DNA from: Candidatus Aminicenantes bacterium
GTDB taxonomy: Bacteria > Acidobacteriota > Aminicenantia > UBA2199
Assembly: GCA_026393775.1 (NCBI GenBank)
Contig: JAPKZM010000159.1
Location: 1 to 32,260 of the forward strand
Length of the DNA: 32,260 nt
Reading direction: 5' to 3'
Under the pieces are notes generated by a model. The model was not told where the DNA came from and ran no database searches. It saw nothing but the letters and a program-made list of their open reading frames with translations. How positions within the stretch are numbered: position 1 is the first letter of the stretch; the number at the start of each line of letters is the position of its first letter. Positions 24,338 through 32,260 of this stretch are shown one piece after another. The position numbers were made by a program, and so were the translations under genes.

Positions 24338-24712
24338 ATGGGAATAACTCAAATGAAAATCGTTGTAACGGTGGTGGGGTTTGTTCTGATCTTCCTTACT
24401 GGTTACTGGCTGTACAGAGTCGGCCAGCCATTTAATGCAGGCATGCTGACGCTGCACAAGCTGATCTCGGTGGCGGCGATCGTTTACCTGGTCGTCATTG
24501 TCTTGAACATCAACAAGATGGCGCCACTGAGCAAGGGCGAACTGATCGCGTGCATTATCACCGGACTGCTCTTACTCGGCGCTGTCGTAACCGGCGGCGT
24601 GCTGAGCGCGGCCAAGAACCTGCCGGCCGTTGTGCAAACTTTGCATAAGGTGTTGTCGATATTAACTGTCCTCTCCACGGTCGCTATGTTCCTCTTTTCC
24701 CGCCGCAGGTAG
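24338..24712 (+). CDS. small integral membrane protein (about 4 TM), hypothetical
   Basis: Four hydrophobic helices. GC content returns to host level within this ORF. The start is uncertain (24326 TTG, 24338 ATG or 24353 ATG). Confidence 0.5.
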   Translation: MGITQMKIVVTVVGFVLIFLTGYWLYRVGQPFNAGMLTLHKLISVAAIVYLVVIVLNINKMAPLSKGELIACIITGLLLLGAVVTGGVLSAAKNLPAVVQTLHKVLSILTVLSTVAMFLFSRRR

Positions 24713-24765
24713 ACTGAAGCTGGACGAAAATGTAAAATGGCCTTACTTGCGGAAAAAGGGAGGCC

Positions 24766-25221
24766 ATGATGAAGAAACGTGTTCCCGTGCTTGAAGGGAT
24801 CGTCCAGGCATTCGTCGCGCTCGGCGCCCTGCCCTGCGGCGCGCTGCTGATGATCTATCCGAACGGCACCGTGCTGAGCATGCCCCTTTCCATGCTCAAG
24901 GGCTCCCCGTTCGCGACCTTCTTCTGGCCCGGACTCATCCTCTTTTCGGTCATCGGCATCGGACATACTGCCGCGGCCGTGATAAGCTTCCGCCGCCACC
25001 GCTTTGCCGGCCTGGCCGGAGCGGTCATGGGCCTCGGCCTCATGATCTGGATCTTCGTGCAGGCGAGCATGATCGGCGGCGGCCACTGGCTGCAGTACCT
25101 CTACTTCGCCCTGGGCACGGCTGAGGTCTCCTTGGCCGTTTTGCTGCTGGGCTATCCGCGGGCGACAGTAGACAAACGAGGTGACGTTGCAAAGAAATTA
25201 AATTCAGGAGAATGCCAATGA
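24766..25221 (+). CDS. integral membrane protein (about 4 TM), hypothetical
   Basis: gggagg SD precedes ATG 24766. 151 aa with four hydrophobic segments. Confidence 0.55.
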   Translation: MMKKRVPVLEGIVQAFVALGALPCGALLMIYPNGTVLSMPLSMLKGSPFATFFWPGLILFSVIGIGHTAAAVISFRRHRFAGLAGAVMGLGLMIWIFVQASMIGGGHWLQYLYFALGTAEVSLAVLLLGYPRATVDKRGDVAKKLNSGECQ

Positions 25222-26219
25222 AAGCCATCGTAACTGAACAATACGGGCCGCCGGATGTTCTCAAGCTCGCGGAGGTGGAAAAGCCCGTTCTCAAGGCGAA
25301 TGAAGTATTGATAAGGGTCCGGGCGGCATCCCTGAACGCCTTCGACTGGCATATGCTGCTGCCCGACCCGTTCATGGTCCGCCTCATGGGCGGCGGGCTG
25401 CTGAAGCCGAAGAACAGGATCCTCGGGACCGACATGGCCGGGCGGGTGGAGGCGGTCGGCGGAAAGGCAACGCAGTTCAAGACGGGCGACGAGGTGTACG
25501 GCGACCTGGCCCGGTGGGGCTGCGGCGCCTGCGCCGAATATGTTTGCGCTCCCGAGGAGGCGCTGGCGCTCAAACCCAGGAACATGACGTTCGAGCAGGC
25601 GGCGGCCGTGCCCATGGCGGCGCTCACCGCCCTGCAGGGGCTGCGCGACAAGGGACATATTCAGAAAGGTCAGAAAGTGCTGGTCAACGGCGCCTCCGGC
25701 GGCGTGGGCACGTTCGCGGTGCAGCTCGCCAAATTTTTCGGGGCCGAGGTCACCGCCGTCTGCAGCACCGGGAACGTGGACATGGCGCGCTCGCTCGGCG
25801 CCGACCATGTCATTGATTATAGCAAAGAGGATTTCACCAAGAGCGGGCAACAATACGACCTGATCCTGGCCGCCAACGGCTTTCATCCGCTCGCGGATTA
25901 CAAGCGGGCGCTGGCTCCCGGGGGGGCCTACGTCATGACCGGGGGCTCCATACGGCAGATCTTCCAGGCCATGCTCCTGGCGCCTTGGTACTCCATGACC
26001 GGCGGCAAAAAAATGGGGGGCATAACCGCCCATGCGAACCAGAAAGACCTGGTTTTTGTAAAAGAGCTCATGGAGGCCGGCAAGATGGTCCCGGTGATCG
26101 ACAGGGTCTACCCGCTGGCCGAAGTTCCCGAGGCCCTCCGCTATCTTCTTGCCGGGCACGCCAGGGGGAAAGTGGTCATAAAAGTGGAAGGCGCCGAATC
26201 CCCCCCGAGCGCGACTTAA
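25218..26219 (+). CDS. NAD(P)-dependent medium-chain dehydrogenase/reductase (quinone-oxidoreductase-like)
   Basis: N-terminal GroES-like region (YGPPDVLKLAEVEKPVLKANEVLIRVRAASLN), Rossmann motif VLVNGASGGVGTFAVQLAK and C-terminal GHARGKVVI. aggag lies 7 nt before ATG 25218. Confidence 0.85.
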   Translation: MKAIVTEQYGPPDVLKLAEVEKPVLKANEVLIRVRAASLNAFDWHMLLPDPFMVRLMGGGLLKPKNRILGTDMAGRVEAVGGKATQFKTGDEVYGDLARWGCGACAEYVCAPEEALALKPRNMTFEQAAAVPMAALTALQGLRDKGHIQKGQKVLVNGASGGVGTFAVQLAKFFGAEVTAVCSTGNVDMARSLGADHVIDYSKEDFTKSGQQYDLILAANGFHPLADYKRALAPGGAYVMTGGSIRQIFQAMLLAPWYSMTGGKKMGGITAHANQKDLVFVKELMEAGKMVPVIDRVYPLAEVPEALRYLLAGHARGKVVIKVEGAESPPSAT

Positions 26220-26274
26220 GGGGCAAGCATGAGTGATCTAATTTTATATAAAAACGCGAAAGGAGGAGATCGGC

Positions 26275-26616
26275 ATGGTTAAAGATCAGATTCCCGCGAT
26301 GATCAGCCGGATCTGGCACGGTTGGACCACTCCCGAAAACGCGGACAAGTATGAGGCGCTGCTCAAGGAGGAAATTTTCGTCGGCATCCAGAACCGGCGC
26401 ATTCGCGGCTTCAAGGGCATTCAATTGCTCCGCCGCGCAATGGGCGCGGAAATCGAATTCGTCACGATCATGCTGTTCGATTCGCTGGACGCCGTCCGCG
26501 AGTTCGCCGGAAAGGATTACGAAGCCTGCGTCGTTCCCGAAAAGGCGAGAGCCGTGCTGTCGCATTTCGATGCGCGATCGCAACATTATGAAGTCCGGGC
26601 GGAGAGGAAGGGCTGA
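26275..26616 (+). CDS. ABM (antibiotic-biosynthesis-monooxygenase-like, ferredoxin-fold) domain protein
   Basis: 113 aa in a dimeric alpha+beta barrel-like pattern (ISRIWHGWT..., FVTIMLFDSLDAVREFAG). aaggagg SD present. Confidence 0.55.
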   Translation: MVKDQIPAMISRIWHGWTTPENADKYEALLKEEIFVGIQNRRIRGFKGIQLLRRAMGAEIEFVTIMLFDSLDAVREFAGKDYEACVVPEKARAVLSHFDARSQHYEVRAERKG

Positions 26617-26637
26617 ATCGGCGCATTTGGATTTAAA

Positions 26638-26919
26638 ATGGTAAAAACTATTCCTGAAAAATATCTATCCCTGCCGCCAGCGATTGTTTTGACCGTTATA
26701 AATGGAATATTTCTATATAAGTTCGCGGATTGGCTTTTTCATGGCGTCGATCGTCCTTGGGATTTAACGGCGTATGGACTTATCGTTTTGCCCTTGATCG
26801 CTTTTCTGGCCGGGATATTCATGATCGTCGGCCTGCTTCGTCGGGCGTCTTTTTGGCTTATTCTCCTGGCGGGAATAATGATTCTGGTCGTTGATGTCAT
26901 ACTCCTGGTTTTTGCTTGA
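26638..26919 (+). CDS. small membrane protein (3 TM), hypothetical; lower GC than neighbours
   Basis: 93 aa and strongly hydrophobic. The first 60 nt are 40% GC by hand count. Confidence 0.45.
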   Translation: MVKTIPEKYLSLPPAIVLTVINGIFLYKFADWLFHGVDRPWDLTAYGLIVLPLIAFLAGIFMIVGLLRRASFWLILLAGIMILVVDVILLVFA

Positions 26920-26955
26920 AGAAAATGCCTCGTATATCCATAAAAGGAGGGGAAA

Positions 26956-27378
26956 ATGAGCCATGAAGATTCGATCCCCGGCGGCAAAAGTGAAGACAAA
27001 GCCGAAGGGTATCATGCCGGTTATCGGGAGTACAACAAAGCCCTGCGCACCTGGCTGGTGGCCTTTGGCATCGGCGGTCCGGTGCTCCTGATCACCAAAG
27101 AAACCGTGCTGAACAGAGTCATTCAACAGGGCAAGCTCAAGTCGATCGTGACCCTGTTTCTCATCGGCGCCGTATTGCAGATCGTCATCGCCTTTATCAA
27201 CAAGATTGAATGCTGGTACAGCTATTATTGCCAGGTCGACGAAAACTTCAGGAAATCCGGGCGTGGGCGTTTCATGTTGTGGCTGGACACCCAGTTCTGG
27301 CTGGACATTAGCTTCGATCTTGCCAGCATGATCTGTTTCGGCTTATCGATTCTTTTGCTCTACAACGCTTATTTTTGA
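26956..27378 (+). CDS. membrane protein, hypothetical
   Basis: aaggagg SD precedes ATG 26956. 140 aa with about 3 hydrophobic helices. Confidence 0.5.
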   Translation: MSHEDSIPGGKSEDKAEGYHAGYREYNKALRTWLVAFGIGGPVLLITKETVLNRVIQQGKLKSIVTLFLIGAVLQIVIAFINKIECWYSYYCQVDENFRKSGRGRFMLWLDTQFWLDISFDLASMICFGLSILLLYNAYF

Positions 27379-27383
27379 AAGCG

Positions 27384-27953
27384 ATGGAAGTTTTCCCTTG
27401 CGTTGAATGCGCGGGAGCCGGGCGAACATGCTGCGATCATGTTCTGGTCTATCTGACCATCGGGGATTTGGCGCGAATTTCTCATTTCACCAAGTCGGAA
27501 GATTTCTTTTCCTTCGAGGCCATAACCGAACGCTACGAGTGCGAGGACGATCCGACCTGGCTGACCTTGACCTGCGGGGAGGACGGGCGCCGGCGCGTCG
27601 TAAAACAGGCGGAAGGACAAAAATGCATGTTTCTCGCCGAGAACGGTTGCTCTCTGCCCATGACGGTGCGGCCCCTCTTATGCCGCATTTATCCCTATGA
27701 TTTCTTGAAGACGGGCATTGTCGGGATCGATTCGGATTGCCCGATCTCGGAAATGCAAGACGGCAAGCAGGTTCTTGAAAACCTGGGGATGGCGTACGGC
27801 AGGGTGGAGCAATGGCACAGGCTTCTGTATGAGGAGATCGAGTTGGAAAAAAGCAGAATAAAAATCACTTGGCCGGACAGTCGAACATCCATTTCCGACA
27901 TGCTGCCGCAATTGGGACTTGCCTTGAACGGATTGTTGCATGACAGCGAATAA
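27384..27953 (+). CDS. YkgJ-family cysteine-cluster protein (second paralog in window)
   Basis: N-terminal CVECAGAGRTCC cluster and an internal KCMFLAENGCSL...RPLLCRIYPY motif. Confidence 0.65.
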   Translation: MEVFPCVECAGAGRTCCDHVLVYLTIGDLARISHFTKSEDFFSFEAITERYECEDDPTWLTLTCGEDGRRRVVKQAEGQKCMFLAENGCSLPMTVRPLLCRIYPYDFLKTGIVGIDSDCPISEMQDGKQVLENLGMAYGRVEQWHRLLYEEIELEKSRIKITWPDSRTSISDMLPQLGLALNGLLHDSE

Positions 27954-27992
27954 AGAGACCGAAGGGATACATGCCCTTCATCTCAGGCCTTT

Positions 27993-28035
27993 GGGGACGG
28001 ATTGCCCCCTACGGGGACTTGACGTAAAAAGGTAA
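27993..28035 (+). repeat. 43-bp direct repeat, copy 1 (G4/C5/G4 hairpin module + TTGACG)
   Basis: ggggacggattgccccctacggggacttgacgtaaaaaggtaa is identical to 29559-29601 at 42/43 positions. It ends 35 nt before ATG 28071. Confidence 0.85.
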
Positions 28036-28070
28036 AAACTTTTTGATTTTGAAAATCAGGTTGGGAGAAG

Positions 28071-28493
28071 ATGATGCCAATCGTTTCCATTGAAACTATC
28101 ACTTTGCTGCTGCGAATCGCATTTCTGGTGGGCGCCGTCACCGACGGCCTCGCCCTCATCCCCATGCTGTCGCGGCGAATCGGCGCTGCGCTGTTCGGCG
28201 GTGATTCGTCCCGCGCTAACTTTGAGTATCGTTTCGCCATGGGCATCGGCGCGGCGCTGATGGCCGGCTGGACGCTGCTCCTGCTCTGGGGGGCGGCGAG
28301 CCCGATCGCGAGGCGGGATATCCTGTTGTTGACCGTTTTTCCGGTCATATCGGGAATTGTCCTGGCTACCGTGATGGCGGCCCGCCGTGGTCTCGTTTCT
28401 GTTGCGCGCATGATTCCACTTTGGCTGCACCTTGGCACTGTAAGCTTGTTCTATATCATAGTTTATGTACTCTCGATTCCTTTCGCACAGTGA
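28071..28493 (+). CDS. integral membrane protein (4 TM), hypothetical
   Basis: gggagaag SD present. 140 aa with four hydrophobic helices. Confidence 0.55.
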   Translation: MMPIVSIETITLLLRIAFLVGAVTDGLALIPMLSRRIGAALFGGDSSRANFEYRFAMGIGAALMAGWTLLLLWGAASPIARRDILLLTVFPVISGIVLATVMAARRGLVSVARMIPLWLHLGTVSLFYIIVYVLSIPFAQ

Positions 28494-28574
28494 ACCGCGC
28501 GGGAGAACCTGTCCTGGCTGCGGCCAACAGGTTCTTCCCTCATGGCATGATATTTCCGACACCAGGAGTTTAAG

Positions 28575-29588
28575 ATGAAGATTGCAACGAATGGCAAGCG
28601 AGTCCGTTTGCCGGTTTGGACAATGGTCTTCCGTATATTGAACATAGCCTGCCTGATCGCGGCAGCGGGAGTGGCGGTGCAAGCAACGGAGCCGCCGGCG
28701 CAAAAACCCATGACCATGGCCGAGATCGTGGCCGCGGCCAAAACCGAAGACTGGCGGGACCTCGATCCGGAGAGCACCCTTTATCTGGAATTGGCCGGAG
28801 GGCGGGTGGTCATCGAGCTGGCGCCGGTCTTTGCCCCGCAGCACGCGGCCAACGTCAAGGCCTTGGCCCGCGAGCGCTACTTTGACGGGCTGGCGATCAT
28901 CCGCGTCCAGGACAATTACGTGGTGCAATGGGGCGATCCCGCGGCCGATGATCCGCAAAAGGTGCGCAAGATCCTTCATGCCAAAAAAAACCTGCCGGCC
29001 GAGTTCGATCGCGCCATCGACGCCAAAATCCCCTTCACCTTGCTGCCCGACGGCGACGTCTATGCCCAAGAGGTCGGCTTTTGCGACGGCTTCCCGGTTG
29101 CCCGGGACAAAGGCAGCGGCCGGATGTGGCTCACCCACGGCTACGGCATGGTCGGCGCCGGCCGCGGCAACACCAGCGACAGCGGCGGCGGCACGGAGAT
29201 CTACGTGGTGATCGGCCAAGTCCCGCGCCACCTGGACCGCAACTGCACCCTGTTCGGGCGGGTGCTCCAAGGGATGGAACTGCTATCCTCGCTGCCGCGC
29301 GCGAGCGGCCCGATGGGTTTCTATGACAAGGCGGAGCAATACGTTCCGATCAAATCGATTTGCGTCGCCGCCGACGTGCCGCTGGCCGAACGCAGCGACC
29401 TGGAGGTCATGCGCACCGATACGGATACGTTCCGGCAATTGGTCGAAGCGCGCCGCAATCGCCGCGAGGAATGGTTTCTATTCAAGGCCGGCCGCATCGA
29501 GCTCTGCAACATCCCTATTCCGCTGCGAAAAAAAGAAAAAAGAACCGGGAAAGGGACCGGGGACGGACTGCCCCCTACGGGGACTTGA
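28575..29588 (+). CDS. exported cyclophilin-type peptidyl-prolyl cis-trans isomerase
   Basis: Signal peptide present. Cyclophilin core motifs: RVVIELAPVFAPQHAANVKALARERYFDGLAIIRV..VVQWGDP, GMVGAGRG..DSGGGTEIYVVIG, TLFGRVLQGMELL. The last ~10 codons lie inside repeat copy 2. Confidence 0.8.
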   Translation: MKIATNGKRVRLPVWTMVFRILNIACLIAAAGVAVQATEPPAQKPMTMAEIVAAAKTEDWRDLDPESTLYLELAGGRVVIELAPVFAPQHAANVKALARERYFDGLAIIRVQDNYVVQWGDPAADDPQKVRKILHAKKNLPAEFDRAIDAKIPFTLLPDGDVYAQEVGFCDGFPVARDKGSGRMWLTHGYGMVGAGRGNTSDSGGGTEIYVVIGQVPRHLDRNCTLFGRVLQGMELLSSLPRASGPMGFYDKAEQYVPIKSICVAADVPLAERSDLEVMRTDTDTFRQLVEARRNRREEWFLFKAGRIELCNIPIPLRKKEKRTGKGTGDGLPPTGT

Positions 29589-29601
29589 CGTAAAAAGGTA
29601 A
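29559..29601 (+). repeat. 43-bp direct repeat, copy 2
   Basis: ggggacggactgccccctacggggacttgacgtaaaaaggtaa differs from copy 1 at one position (t/c). It ends 53 nt before ATG 29655. Confidence 0.85.
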
Positions 29602-29654
29602 TGGAAGCCGATGGGATCAGGCCTGAAAGCGAAATTGAGTGGAGGATAAATTTT

Positions 29655-30407
29655 ATGAAATCTTTCAAACAATGGATATTTCCCGCGATGATTTTCTTTT
29701 TATTGATCTTTTTTTCATCTGGATGGAGTGAAAGCGGCAGCCCATGGAAGGAATTGCATCTAAAAAGCGGGCAAAGTCTTTGGGCAAGTTCTGAACTGGT
29801 GGAAATATATAAAGATCGCACCGTAAAATATTCCGTAAAAAACATATTCGATCATAAAACCGACACCTGCTGGGCGGAGGGGGTAAAAGGGAATGGCATC
29901 GGAGAAAACATCACGATTGTCGTCAACAAGGATATTAGCAGGATCGGCATCATCAACGGCAACGCCACGAACCCGGAAATTTATAGAAGGAACAATCGGA
30001 TAAAAAAATTAAAATGTTACATGTTCATTGCTTTCACCGCGCCGGGGTTGGTGTCTGAAGCGGACTCTTATTTATACTTCATGAAATCGGCGCAAGCATT
30101 CACGATCGATTTAAATGACTCGCCAGAGATGCAGTATTTCGATTTTCCGGTCATATTGGACGATCAGCATGAATTCAGGGAACGGGCAATGGAAGACTTT
30201 ATAAACGACCAGCAATTTTTTTTCGAACAAATAGAAAAAGAGCTTGGCGTCAGAAAAAAGAAGCAAGGCGAGGAGCGTAAACAGTTCGACAATGATTTCC
30301 TTGCCGCTTTTTCCATATATGGCTTGATTATAGAAATTGAGGAAGTCTTTTCCGGATCAAAATATCAGGACACCTGTATTTCTGAAATTAAAATTGAAAT
30401 GATTTAA
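29655..30407 (+). CDS. exported hypothetical protein with a discoidin / galactose-binding-like N-terminal region; low GC
   Basis: ggagg SD lies 9 nt before ATG 29655 and a signal peptide is present (WIFPAMIFFLLIFFSSG). The motif KNIFDHKTDTCWAEG..GIGENITI resembles F5/8 type C-like domains. Confidence 0.5.
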   Translation: MKSFKQWIFPAMIFFLLIFFSSGWSESGSPWKELHLKSGQSLWASSELVEIYKDRTVKYSVKNIFDHKTDTCWAEGVKGNGIGENITIVVNKDISRIGIINGNATNPEIYRRNNRIKKLKCYMFIAFTAPGLVSEADSYLYFMKSAQAFTIDLNDSPEMQYFDFPVILDDQHEFRERAMEDFINDQQFFFEQIEKELGVRKKKQGEERKQFDNDFLAAFSIYGLIIEIEEVFSGSKYQDTCISEIKIEMI

Positions 30408-30434
30408 AATGTGAGATCTTGCATGGAGGAGCAC

Positions 30435-31280
30435 ATGAAATATGGAATGGCAATTTTTCTTGCCGGGATCTGTGTTTTCTTGTCAGCCCAGGAGCCGGCG
30501 CCGATGGCGCAGCGCTGGCAAGCGGGATTGGCGGAGGTTCAAGCCTGGCGGGAAAAAGTGGGCGACTTGCACCCGGCCTTTGCCAAAACCTATCCCGTCG
30601 CCATAGTCGCCGACGGGCAATGGTACGTTTTTGAACTTGCTGCCGACGGAAAAAGCTGGAACCTGTCCGCCCAGGCAGCGGTCAAGTTCCCGATCCCGGT
30701 CGGCATCCGGGCCGCCATGCCGCTCGATTTCTGGGGCAACCGCATGGCCTGCGTCGTCAGCCCGGAAGTTTTCGACTCTGCGGATGGCTTTGCCTTCATC
30801 CTGCATGAATTCGTTCATTGCTTTCAATGGGAAACGGTCGAAGGCAAGCTGAAACAGGGATTGGCCGTTTACCGGGAAGCTATGGCCCGGAAGGACTACA
30901 TGTGGGAGCTGGAGCACCCGTTTCCCTACGGCAACGTCGAGATCCGGCGGGTCTACGGCCAGTGGTTGGCGGCGCTGCAAAAAGGCCAAATGAAAAAAGC
31001 CGATCATTGGCGTTCCCTGCTGAGAAGGGGTTTGAACAGCCTGGATTGGGAATATCTGACCTGGCAGGAATGGAAGGAGGGGTTGGCCCGCTATCTGGAA
31101 AATCGTGTCCGCGTCCGCTTCGGCCTGAAAGCCAACCAGCCCGCCCTGGACGCGCCCTTCAACCGTATCAGTTTCTACCACGGCGGCGATCTTTTCATCT
31201 CGCGCCTGGTGGAGAGAGAGCCCGGCCTGGACGCGAATATCGAGTTGCTCTATCGCTGCATCTTCGCCTCCGGAAAATGA
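30435..31280 (+). CDS. exported hypothetical protein with HExxH motif (putative metallopeptidase)
   Basis: ggagg SD precedes ATG 30435 and a signal peptide is present (MKYGMAIFLAGICVFLSAQ). It carries the motif FILHEFVHCFQW. Confidence 0.5.
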   Translation: MKYGMAIFLAGICVFLSAQEPAPMAQRWQAGLAEVQAWREKVGDLHPAFAKTYPVAIVADGQWYVFELAADGKSWNLSAQAAVKFPIPVGIRAAMPLDFWGNRMACVVSPEVFDSADGFAFILHEFVHCFQWETVEGKLKQGLAVYREAMARKDYMWELEHPFPYGNVEIRRVYGQWLAALQKGQMKKADHWRSLLRRGLNSLDWEYLTWQEWKEGLARYLENRVRVRFGLKANQPALDAPFNRISFYHGGDLFISRLVEREPGLDANIELLYRCIFASGK

Positions 31281-31339
31281 GCGTTAAAAACTCTCCGGGA
31301 TCAACTATAGAAAAGGCAAAAAATTTTATAAGAATTTAA

Positions 31340-31654
31340 ATGGGCATACCAATCCTCCCTTTCGCGGTCCTGGGCGCGCTCGCAATCCTCGCCCTGGCGG
31401 CGTGGGCTTTTGCCCGGGTAATCAAAGGAAACCGCATCTCGCTCCGCCATGCCATCGTGCTCATGGCGTGCTGCACGGCGCTCTGGCTGGGCCTGTGTTT
31501 CTTCTTCATGGTTTGGGCGGCGCTCGGGCATTCCGCCCATCCGTTGCGCGACTCCTGGCCGCAATGCGCCGTGAGCTTCTTTGTCCTGGTCGTCGCGCCC
31601 CTTGCCTTGTTCGTATGGCGTGCCAAGCGGAGATCCGACAAGGGTAAATTGTAG
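31340..31654 (+). CDS. small membrane protein (3 TM), hypothetical
   Basis: 104 aa with three hydrophobic helices and a basic C-terminus. Confidence 0.45.
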   Translation: MGIPILPFAVLGALAILALAAWAFARVIKGNRISLRHAIVLMACCTALWLGLCFFFMVWAALGHSAHPLRDSWPQCAVSFFVLVVAPLALFVWRAKRRSDKGKL

Positions 31655-31846
31655 ATTGCTGCGAACGGATATTTCCTGACCTGACATCACGTTCAAGGCC
31701 GCGTCGCACAAAAAGTTGAGATTGGATCCGGTTCGAATCGCTCCGGTCGGGAATAGGCAATGGGCGCCGCTTGAAAACCGGATATGGAAAATAATTGTCT
31801 TTTATCTTAAAATAATCATGTTTTGTTTGCGTAAAGAGGAGGAATC

Positions 31847-32020
31847 ATGAAACTTTGCTTCTGTCGTTTCCTGTTGGCCGCGGCCATCGTTGTCTTAGCC
31901 ATTTTCTGGTGGCCGGCTGTCTGGGCGAAGTGGGTGATCGTTGCCGCGGGTGCGGTGTTGGCCATCATGAGCCTTTTTTACCAGACCTGCTGTTGCCGAA
32001 GCTTGAAGAAAACCGAATAA
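31847..32020 (+). CDS. 57-aa two-TM, Cys-rich small membrane protein (below the ORF-track cutoff)
   Basis: aggagg SD lies 5 nt before ATG 31847. Hand translation: MKLCFCRFLLAAAIVVLAIFWWPAVWAKWVIVAAGAVLAIMSLFYQTCCCRSLKKTE, then a stop. It competes with the out-of-frame ORF-track entry 31855-32115, which looks non-coding. Confidence 0.4.
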   Translation: MKLCFCRFLLAAAIVVLAIFWWPAVWAKWVIVAAGAVLAIMSLFYQTCCCRSLKKTE

Positions 32021-32260
32021 GGAGCCGGGAAAGCCTAAATCCAAATTCCGCCGCGCTTGGATCGGTTATCCGCCGCAGGAGAAGTTTGTCTTTTTTTTGG
32101 AATGCCGATGACTGAAATCGACGGGCTGTTGCCCAAATCGAATAAATTTTAGCAGAAATAAAGTTATCTAACACTATTAAATTATTGACTAAAGAGTGCC
32201 GGGATGGGACAATTTTATTATGAATAAAAGCCTTGAGAACAAGTCATGATCGGGGTTGAG

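Larger units (their letters stand above)
20880..24340. other. low-GC genomic island (putative horizontally acquired defence islet)
   Basis: Composition shifts sharply. Hand-counted 60-nt samples are 30% GC (23041-23100) and 13% GC (22441-22500), against 73% GC (25501-25560). The island holds 2 genes and a 0.6 kb non-coding leader. Confidence 0.7.

Noticed and set aside
27993-28035. Sigma-54 (GG-N10-GC) or ECF-type promoter within the 43-bp repeat
   Set aside because: The spacing does not fit. GGGGAC is separated from TTGC by 3 nt instead of 5. GGGGAC to CGTA is 24 nt rather than about 16-17. No shared -10-like hexamer follows TTGACG in both copies.
28056-29270. 404-aa minus-strand ORF spanning two plus-strand genes
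   Set aside because: It is antisense to a clearly recognisable cyclophilin and a membrane protein. Its composition is low-complexity (A/G/R/H/D-rich), it has no SD and I recognise no motifs.
31715-31760. tRNA T-arm-like string ggttcgaatc, considered as a possible tRNA or tRNA-fragment att site
   Set aside because: The flanking bases do not form a 5-bp T-stem (tccgg versus cgctc). No acceptor, D or anticodon arms can be drawn by hand.

Overview
High-GC bacterial chromosomal window (hand-counted 60-nt samples are about 60-73% GC). It looks Gram-negative-type: it carries the Kdo genes kdsA-kdsD-kdsC and an OMP-like barrel ending in Phe. The first ~19 kb is mostly housekeeping. It holds thiF (5' partial) and thiS, a minus-strand dipeptidase-patatin-YkgJ operon, a ParB-N-like ORF, a DUF948/YtxH pair, a methylmalonyl-CoA mutase large subunit and the Kdo genes. 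It also holds an M28 peptidase, an OMP-like ORF, folP (with an odd in-frame gap), a CCA/poly(A)-polymerase-HD enzyme, mfd and a NYN+LOTUS protein. From ~20.9 kb the window becomes accessory and mosaic. The main feature is a ~3.4 kb low-GC island (20880-24340; hand-counted samples 13-30% GC) with no integrase or transposase. It has a ~0.6 kb hairpin-dense non-coding leader and two tightly linked genes: a trypsin-like (S1, intact His/Asp/Ser) protease and an OLD-family ABC-ATPase + Toprim nuclease. I do not know of this pairing among the described OLD contexts (solitary, Gabija, retron-linked, PARIS), so it is my main candidate for an undescribed defence module. Downstream are small membrane proteins, an MDR oxidoreductase, an ABM-like protein, a second YkgJ paralog, a cyclophilin and two exported proteins (one discoidin-like, one HExxH). 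A 43-bp near-identical direct repeat lies upstream of two gene starts in this part. Several AT-rich palindromic intergenic elements share a TAGTGAT / CTA(GA)T core. I recognised no rRNA, tRNA, CRISPR array or mobile-element gene. All product calls come from motif recognition by eye, not from database searches.
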